A DNA stretch of 64,000 nucleotides from Blasia pusilla (lineage: Eukaryota), in contig CM114271.1 in the NCBI GenBank assembly GCA_050084515.1, forward strand, positions 46,934,001-46,998,000, given 5' to 3'. The notes below the pieces were generated by a model. It made no database searches. It saw only the letters and a list, made by a program, of their open reading frames with translations, and had not been told where the DNA came from. Below, piece after piece: positions 55,584 to 64,000 of the stretch (position 1 is the stretch's first letter; each line of letters begins with the position of its first letter). Position numbers and translations under genes: made by a program.

Positions 55584-58500
55584 GATATGGTTGGTGCTTT
55601 CCATAGCCGCCGATGGTCACCACAGCCATAGAGAGAGGTGCAGAAGAATTTCAAGTACTCCCAGTGAAGCAGGGGGTCGGAATGAGTGTCGATACCGCAG
55701 GGTGCACGGCAAGGCTGACCAATGCTGCCATAAAATCATTGTAACAAAGGATTTGCTCCCGTGCTAAGGATTTCAGTCTAGTACCACTGATGCGCTTCGG
55801 GTTACCGAAAGCATTTGTAGTGGAGGATGACCGGCCGTCCGTCGCGAGCGCTACACCTACGACAAAATACATCTCCACCATGAAGTTCGCAACGGATCGA
55901 GGACCATCGCGTGACCAGCGCGGCCATGGCTCCTCCTCCTACTTCAAGCATTCCGAAGTACAAGGCGCGCCACCACCTGCCGGTTTCCTTCCGGATACCG
56001 TCGGTTTGTGAGAGCTGTAACTCCCAATTGAAGCTATTGTGAGAACTCGAAGACCAATCTGAGTAACGCAATTCCCCGAAAGCAATCCGGCGCAGAAGAT
56101 GCTCGGACTAGCCGCAGTCGGTGCTTGAACACTATGCAGAAGGTCGATAACAGGCAGCATTCTCGGAGCATGCTTCGTTATGGAGGTGGATGGTCAATTA
56201 GGACATCCATTCATTACTAGTTCAAAGACCAAAATTACAGCATGGACGTGTTCATGTGCATCCCAGAGAAAGAGCACCAGTTCGGCCATCGGACTTAAGT
56301 CCTGACAGTCACTCACGGGAGAAGAGACGGACCTCAAGCTGATCAGCATTTGAAGGCGCGCATTGGATCACGGGAATTTCCGACTCCCGACAACAGAAAC
56401 GTTGCGGTCTTCCCTACGTCCTCACATCCATGACGCCCGACAGCCTGCATTGCAACGGTTACTGCCTACGGAAGGCTGGTATGAAAACCCTCTCGATCCG
56501 CCATTTACATAGAGAATCGCTACGAAGATTCTACCAGGTGCAGGATGAGACGCACACAGGACACATGCATTCGTAGCTCACGGCACTGGCACCAATCCAG
56601 GGCTCACAGAGGCAGCAAATAGATGATGGATGGTGTTGCGTGCAGGTAGGGCGGGCGGGGTGGCGACGGAGCTACCTCACTCCCGCACGCTTTCCTCCCC
56701 GACACCGAGAGCTCCTTTCCAATCCTTAAGCTGACCGGAAACTATCGCTCCTGCTCCATTGTGTCCTCTCTTGGGAAACGAAATCTACAGGTCCTGCAGA
56801 GCATCCGACTGTCATAGCACACACAGTCGATCTGAATGACGAGCATCCGGTTTGGCAACCGAGACATTCATGGCGCTTGGCCCACAGCGCGTATTTCTCG
56901 AACAACCTACTCCTGAGCAATCAATCTCTTTAGCCACCGCGGAAACCCCAGCCCGGCTATGACGTCACGAGGAAACGCTCGACCGGCAGGTAAATTTGCA
57001 ATGCTGACATTCCCTCAACAAGTTGCGGGCCTCTCGCAACAGCAAGCTCAGTCGCTCTTGGCGAGACTGCGGCCGTCGCGAGCCCCGCATCCTCCTCTAC
57101 ACATCATCCTCCTCGATCAGCCGCGACGCCGGTGGCCCCACACGCACTTCTCACCTCTCTCTCGGCGCCCTCGAAATCAGACTCTCCTCCTCTCGCGGAT
57201 CCCCTCGCCGCTCCCTCGCCCCGACTGTGCGCGTCCCCTCGAAATTGTGCGTTTTCACCTCCTCTTCTTCCTCTCCCCCTCCTCCTTCCTCCTCCTCCTG
57301 ACTCACTCGCTCACTCATCCTAGTTGCCACGCCAATCCTCTCTACCGTCTCACTATCCATCCACTCCCATCCGCCATCCCTCCCTTCCAACGTCCTTCCT
57401 TCGAGGCACTCGGCGCACAAACCCCCGGCTTTTCCTTCGCGGTGCATTTAACAACCTCACCCCACAACGACAGCCATCGGTCCCCGGCTCGTTCCGCAGC
57501 TGTGGGAAGGGACGGGCCGAAGGCGGCAGCAGCTGACAGCGCGGCACTGCAGCCACGCAGTCGGTCAGTCAGGGCCAGGCAGGAAGCAGCGGGGAGGCTT
57601 GGGAAAGGGGAAAGGGAAGGCGTGACGAACAGAGAGCGAGCTGTTGTGGGAGACGATGGCAGTTCTCCCGGCCGTGGGTGGAGGTGGAACAGACGAAATG
57701 GACCCGCAGGAAGGGGCAAGGAAAGGCAGTCCCACACGCGCGCGGGTGCTGTACAGCTTCGCCTGCTATCCTTCGTCACCGAGCCCGCGCGGGAGCTCCT
57801 ACGGGGTTAGTCGGGATCCTCGACCGTGACTGCGAAATCCAGGATTACCACGTAGTTTAAGGATTGATGTGGTGCGTAACATAGTTGTGGGGGTCCGGGA
57901 TGTGCTTTCGGTACTTTCTCCCGGTCCAGGACTTGCGATCTCCAGGGGCCGGGGATTCTGACCGGTGGACCGGAAGCGTAGCTTATGGGGGTTTTGACCG
58001 GCTGTGAGGAGCCGGACAGTGGCGTCCAAAGGAAGAGAGAAGGGCGGGGCGGTCGTACGTCTAGTTAGGACACGTTTCCAATATGGCCACGTGTCTGTTA
58101 TTAATCTCGTACATTGGAATCAGTCTGTGTGTGAGTGGGTTCACATGCACGCCCATCAGTGGGCGCCACGCGTCGACAGCTTCTTCACGCCCGCGTCCGC
58201 GTGCGTCGCAAATTCCTCTGCCGAGAACCCAACAATCATCATGGTATTTCTGTGCCGCCTTCTCGTTTCTCAGCCCTACTCATCCTCGTCTCGCCGGCAA
58301 CATTTCTTATTCACGGCGCGTTCCCCCGGCAGTATTCGGACGTCGACGCCAAAAGCGGCTCCACTTTCAACTCCGGGTGCTCCGAAAGTCCCCGCCGCCG
58401 GCGCCAGCCATGGAGACCACCCTATCATCATCACTCTCATCATGCCGCATCATCTCATCATCATCGGCCGTAATTCCCGTTTCTTTAACGGGAACTTCGA

Positions 58501-58892
58501 CTTTGGGATCTTTTCTGGATGACGCTTCGAGCCTTCGACGACATTAGATTTTGCCAAAGTTCCGTCCGCGAAGATCCGTCGTGGAGCTTTCTTCTCCCGC
58601 CCCCGCCTTGCATGATGACCCACGCACTTTACGAGAGCGACAGCCAATCCGGCTCTCTCGCGTGTCCAGCTGCGCTCGAAGTCGACTTTCCGTCGTTGTG
58701 GGTGCGAAATCCGCCTGCATGTAAGTTCACCCAGGTTACGACTTTCCGGATATCTGCCGAGCGGCGCGCCGTATACTCCGGCTTTTAAAGCGCCCCATAC
58801 ACTCCTTAACGCCGACGCTGTTAAGGAGGTTCGTCCCGCCCCGTCGCACTTCCAACCACGTGTACGCGGTCCAATCGCTGAGCCCCCTCGGA

Positions 58893-58982
58893 GCTCGTCT
58901 AGTCAGTGAGTCCCCCAGGGAGAAGGGACGGAGTGGCGTGCTCCAACCACCCAAAGTCAAGGGTTCGAACCCTACGGCGTCT
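58893..58982 (+). pseudogene. tRNA-derived (tRNA-Lys-like) degenerate sequence or SINE head
   Basis: 5' GCTCGTCTAGTCAGT resembles plant tRNA-Lys GCCCGTCTAGCTCAGT. 3' GTCAAGGGTTCGAACCCTACGG resembles GTCGTGGGTTCGAGCCCCACGG (B box). Stems pair poorly and the middle is about 20 nt too long. Confidence 0.35.
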
Positions 58983-59830
58983 GACCGAAACAGTTTGTCT
59001 CGTCCGTAGCGGGCAGCCCGTGGGATACGGACCTCTACACTGTATTTGTACACGTGAGGAAGTGGGCGGACTGTACAGTATCCCAGCGCGGGTCAAGGGT
59101 AAAAAGTGAATAGTCATGGGTCTTTAAATGCGTTTTCGCCCCCAACGAACCGGCAAAATCGCCAACTCGAGATCTTTACCACTACCGTGCTGGCGAAGAA
59201 AACGTCCGGCGGTTTCCTCTTTTGTTCGCTTTTGCGGCTGCGGCGAGGACACCGTTAATGAACACGGAGATAACTTCTGGACCCCAAATCTGCCTCTCGA
59301 GATTTGGTTCCCGCACTTTAATGCGACGACAAGTCTTACCATTAGCGACCTTCTCCAAAACGACACCCACTAATTTCCGTACTTAACAGACCTAACTAAT
59401 TGCTAACACAACCGTAATCGCGCTTCTTAGAGCGCTAATCTCATCATATGCGAGGGAGACGAAAACGGTTAATCCATCCTTTCTTGTCTCTATAGGCTCC
59501 GGGGACCTCCCGTTTGTCTTACCCGCGACTCAAGTAATCGTCCAGACTTCTTTATTTCCCTAAGCTACTGATAATAATAAGATCACTTCTCTCGCCTCTA
59601 GTGCTATGATTATTGTGATGACTTTTCTCGCCTACGGTTTACAATACTGACTCCACTCCGGTCGTTATGATATTAACTAATGATGGATGTGGTTTTCACG
59701 AAGAAAAACGATTTAATTAAAGTAATCCAAATATGATTTCCTTTTCCAATTTTGTCATCTTAGCCTTATGAGGTCTGTTTTACTAGTTAGCATGCATTAG
59801 TTAGAATTAAAACCCGGCTACTTATTATTT

Positions 59831-59870
59831 AAAACCCACAGGCATTTGAGTGCAAATGCCTATGGGTTTT
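59831..59870. repeat. 40-bp palindrome
   Basis: AAAACCCACAGGCATTTG-agtg-CAAATGCCTATGGGTTTT, 17/18 paired. Confidence 0.85.
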
Positions 59871-60338
59871 CAATAAAATATGGAATAAAAAATCCAAGAA
59901 CACAACCCCTCCCCACCAAAGAAATATAACTTCTTAAAATGCGTGCATGATAGGAAGGGAAGGAAAATCAAATCATATCCCTATTTTGTCTTATTCTATC
60001 ATTATTTTGTTCTATTATGCATGTGGTGTTGCCAATAATAGAATACACAAATAATTGGAATTTCATAGATTAAAGTAATTTGATAATTTAGAATGCAAGT
60101 GAGAGTATGTGCAAATAATCGCCATCCTGGGAAGTGGGGAGATGGGGCATGATGAGAACCTATGCAATTAAAAGAGGATGGGGTTCGACGAAACCCTCCT
60201 CATGTGTTGACACCTATATTATGAGGGTTCTTATGGTGTTGACACATGTCATTTTAAGAAAAATGACTTCAATTATGAGGAGACAATTAAATAGAGAAGA
60301 GAAGGGAGGAGCGAAAGCTTTTTAAAATTTGAAGATCA

Positions 60339-60366
60339 CCCGTGCAAAGCACGGGCAACCCTCTGA
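60339..60366 (+). mobile_element. Helitron 3' terminus
   Basis: Perfect hairpin CCCGTGC-AAA-GCACGGG, a 7-nt spacer, then CTGA (CTRR) followed by T. The 5' end was not defined. Confidence 0.6.
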
Positions 60367-60987
60367 TCGAATATGAAGAAGGCATCTTTTCTTTCAATAT
60401 CTTATCGGCATAGATTATGTTTCCTAGCAAAACAAAATTATGTTCTTTTCTGAGATATCCATAGTCAAATTTTATGCGAAAAGCATACATCCTCCTATTT
60501 CATAGACTTGGATTCCTGTAGAGTTGAGGTTATTTCACATTTGTGGCCCTCATCCTAAGAGTAGAGAGTGTAAACTACATACAACAAGGCAGAGCAACCA
60601 TGTGTAGTCCTACAACTTGTTTGACGGGACAAATACTTGCGAGTGTCTTTGGGATTAATAAGGCTTAGAGGATGTTTGCTACATTAGAGATAAATCCAAT
60701 ACACGTTGGACTCACAACAATGAAACCCAACGATAAAAAGAAATGTACTTCCAAATTTTCTTTGTCTTTCTCCCTCTTCAGTGGTTCACAATGTGAGGAG
60801 AAAAAATCCCAGTTTTTTCTCATGGTTCTCTCCTTCTAACAACCTTATGGTATTTTTTGGTCTCGTATTTATAAAAGCCAACTTTCTCATTGGTTGTGTA
60901 TGCCGAGGTCAATTTTTACTTTGTTTCTCCCTTGCTTTGCATAACTTAATTATATTCCAAGACAAACATGCCTCGCCCATTTGTTGT

Positions 60988-61692
60988 TGTTGAGAAAAGT
61001 GGTTAGTTCTTGGTTCAAGGGCTTGAGCGGGTAGAGAGGGAGAGTGTCCCACCCCCCTTATAGGTATTTATGGGGTTCTTTGGAGGAACCCCACCTTCCC
61101 CTATTTTTCCCCTCAGGCCGTTAATTTTGGCCCTCAACCCAAACATAGTTTGCGACCCGCGAACCAGCGTTTGACTAGTTATACATCAACATGGTTTGGC
61201 GGAGGCTTCTTGCAACTTATGCAACTCTTTGATCCACAAACTCATCTTGGAGCTCGGACCCGCGTTTCATATGTCTCATGTTTAGCGCCCGTCTTGACTC
61301 ACTGTTTGGCATCTCGTGGTTGTCTTGCCGCCCTTTGCGTTTCATAACTAGTTTCGTAGCGTCTCGCCCATCTTGACTACTCACGTGTTCGTTGCTTCTC
61401 GTCCTTGACTTGGTATTTTGCTCCAAGGTCTCGAACCTTTCTTGCCTCAGCTTTTTCTCCACAATTAGCGACGTGCCTTTCTCACATAAGGCTAGTCTCC
61501 AAACACGTGCGTGTCTAGCCTAACATTAGTCCCGTGGTTGGTTCTATCTCCCTTTCTAGTCACGTGACTTGCTAGTCTAGGTTGCAACTTTGGTGGATCA
61601 CACCAAGATCTTTCCTCCTTGGATCCGCAATCATGATTTGATTCTTGAGTGCCCCGCTAGTGTGGGCGCCATACTCTCACCTATTTGCAACG
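60988..61692 (-). mobile_element. Probable solo LTR (about 705 bp)
   Basis: Bounded by TGTTG (60988) and CAACG (61688-61692, a degenerate CAACA). On the minus strand a CATAAATACCTATAAG promoter-like motif is followed by a CT-rich tract. GC is higher than in the flanks. No TSD found. Confidence 0.35.
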
Positions 61693-64000
61693 AATTATCA
61701 AATCTTCTACTTTATTCTATATTTCTATATGAATTTTTTTTAATTCCTCCTATATATTGGATTTTGTTTCTTAAAGTCATTTGGAAAATGTTGTGGCGGA
61801 AAACCTTTGTATAACTAAGACGATAAAATGAGGAATGAAAGCATTTTGAAAATGACCCCAATTAATTGTTGAATTCCGTTGTAAATTAACCATCTTCCCT
61901 TACCAACATCAATAATTTGTTTGTGGTAGGGAAATCCCATCTTCATAGATGTCTTATCTCAATTTACCACTTTGTATGAATTTTCCATCTTCCATCTACT
62001 TAGAAGATAAATAATCATCCCATTTTCTCATCAATATTTGACAATTGATATGTCCTCTTCATGCCATATTATTTTCTAAACCACAAACATATCCCCAAAT
62101 GCATATGTATCCAATAATGGCATAGTCAAATGATTTATGATCAAGGCTAAACTTCCCAACCTTATGTGCTTTTGCCAAAAGTTTTTCCATTTCATTGCAT
62201 CTTGATGACCACAAGTTATAAAACAAAATTCCAAATCTATTTATTTAAAAAAAAAAACCAACACGTTGCTATCATAGGTATTTATCTAGGAATCCATATG
62301 AACAAGAAAAATCTTATAATTGGTGTAGAGTGTTCTCATTGAAATTAGGGCTTAAATCCATATAAGCCATTCATTTTAATAATTTCTTGTATTTTTTCAA
62401 TGAGCATAGACGCTTATTGGTTGTTGTAATTTTAGCCAAATCTTACATGACATTACCATTTCTCAAAAAACCAATTGTTGTCCATATTACAAGTCCATGT
62501 TAAACCACTTGATTCCCATGAAAAGATCAATGTAAAGATTTGTTCTTTTGTAAGCACAAAGTACTAAGATCTAGGTATCAACTTAGCACATAGCTTTTTC
62601 AACCCTATATGGTCTCCTACTTATTCTTGGATTTCACTCAAACTAATAGTTGAATCTTATTGCTATTATTCTCTTCAAATCTGAACGCTTTCAAAAATTG
62701 AAAGTACTACTCTCAATTGTAACTATCCATGCACTAGATACTATCAAGTATGATCCATGATTGTTTCAGCCAACATGTATGCCCCGAGGTATGGCCACAT
62801 CCTTCTTGGTTTGTTACGAAAATCAAATTGTAAAGATGTAGGTTAATAGCAAAGAGCAAAATCTCTAATGGAATATGGTTAGATAAGATTGGAGTGTTTC
62901 TCGTTCATTTTCCTCCGGAGTTTAGATTGCTCAAGTTTTATGGATAAATTACTTATTGCAGATGTTATGGCTTGGTTTCATACCTTGGTGCATCATCCCC
63001 TATGTCTTGAATACAAATTGATACACATCCCTTGTATAGCAATGTCTATAATTTCAACTTTAAGGTAAACATGTTATATAAGGATTACATAACCTCAATA
63101 GAACTCCTAAGTCCAAATTATGGATTGGTTATTTACCAATCTACTGATGTTAGAAATATCCATAAAGCATCACAAGAAAACTAAAGTTAATGCATATTTT
63201 GCATTTCGATTAGTACAATAAAAATTAAGATGACTATTCTTCAAGACGTGTAATCTTCCCCATATATTCAACGACATCATTTCTTATATGTTCTATAATA
63301 GAATCATTTTACTCGTGGAACACAACCACGTGCATTGCCCATTCCTTAGTAATATAATGGCTTGTGTCACTTCTTTTAAGATAGATCACTGAGATCTAGT
63401 AGAGCGCCTTCGTGAGTAGTGGAGGACAGACTCAATAGGTGAAGGATGACTTGTTGAGGCCTCGGGAAACTTGAGAGAGCAGGTTTCCCCTTCATTTCGG
63501 CTCATTTGGAGCTATATTGTGAAACTTATTATTTTAGGTAAGTACCATTTTGAGCATATGTTTGATTTTCTATTTTTGGTAAGTGACCCTTGACCTCCTA
63601 CATCATGTCAAGAGCCAAGGAGGTGGCTTGGGAGCATATCTTACCATGGAGAGAGCTTGGGAGAGGGGAGGGGTATGCCTCAAGGAAAGAGAGTTTGAGA
63701 GCTCATTCTCTCTATGTCGAACCTCTTCGCATGAGGCTGCGGAGCTATGATCTTGCTTGCCTTGTGTGTGTAACCCAAGCCTCTCATTAGAAGAGTAGGT
63801 TTGGTTTGACATTGAGAGAGACATGTGCGAGTGCATACATGTGAGAACTATGGTGTTGTGAGATAAATTGGATCTTATTTTACAAAGAGATAATGAGCTC
63901 TCAAACTCTCTCTCCTTGAGGTATTGGAGATATTTTGGTACTTCTTGTCTCGTTGTTTGGATGCCATGAGTTAGCATGGGATCGTGCGGGTTTGTGTGTG

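Noticed and set aside
56959..57810. 283-aa plus-strand ORF
   Set aside because: Low-complexity Arg/Pro/Ser product from the GC-rich antisense of the kelch gene's leader/promoter; no domain motifs.
61655..61672. tRNA-Lys primer-binding site (TGGCGCCCAC on minus)
   Set aside because: Only about 10 nt match, not preceded by an LTR-terminal CA, and it lies inside the putative LTR.
61800..63400. Decayed transposase in AT-rich DNA
   Set aside because: The texture suggests an old TE, but I could not read any convincing motif.

Overview
Eukaryotic land-plant nuclear DNA; a bryophyte/liverwort-like origin is a weak inference from gene style only. Four spliced protein-coding genes can be rebuilt with GT-AG introns and consistent reading phase: (1) a minus-strand C2H2-like zinc-finger protein with signal peptide and C-terminal TM helix (AT5G63280-like; last exon outside the window), (2) a plus-strand ~715-aa coiled-coil protein (AT1G24560/At3g49055-like), (3) an 11-exon CDPK-related kinase (CRK), and (4) a minus-strand F-box/kelch protein (SKIP11-like). 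The AT-rich, CpG-poor intergenic DNA holds three hAT-type MITEs with terminal inverted repeats and 8-bp target-site duplications, several Helitron-like 3' ends, a decayed Ty3/gypsy reverse transcriptase, a probable solo LTR, tandem arrays and a short decayed 18S rDNA fragment. Several GC/CpG-rich islands look transcribed or regulatory but have no recognisable ORF (about 13.0-15.5 kb, 15.7-16.1 kb, 30.4-32.4 kb, 49.2-52.5 kb); these are the best candidates for undescribed elements. No CRISPR array or clearly novel system can be demonstrated from the sequence alone. Family assignments are from recall, not database searches.
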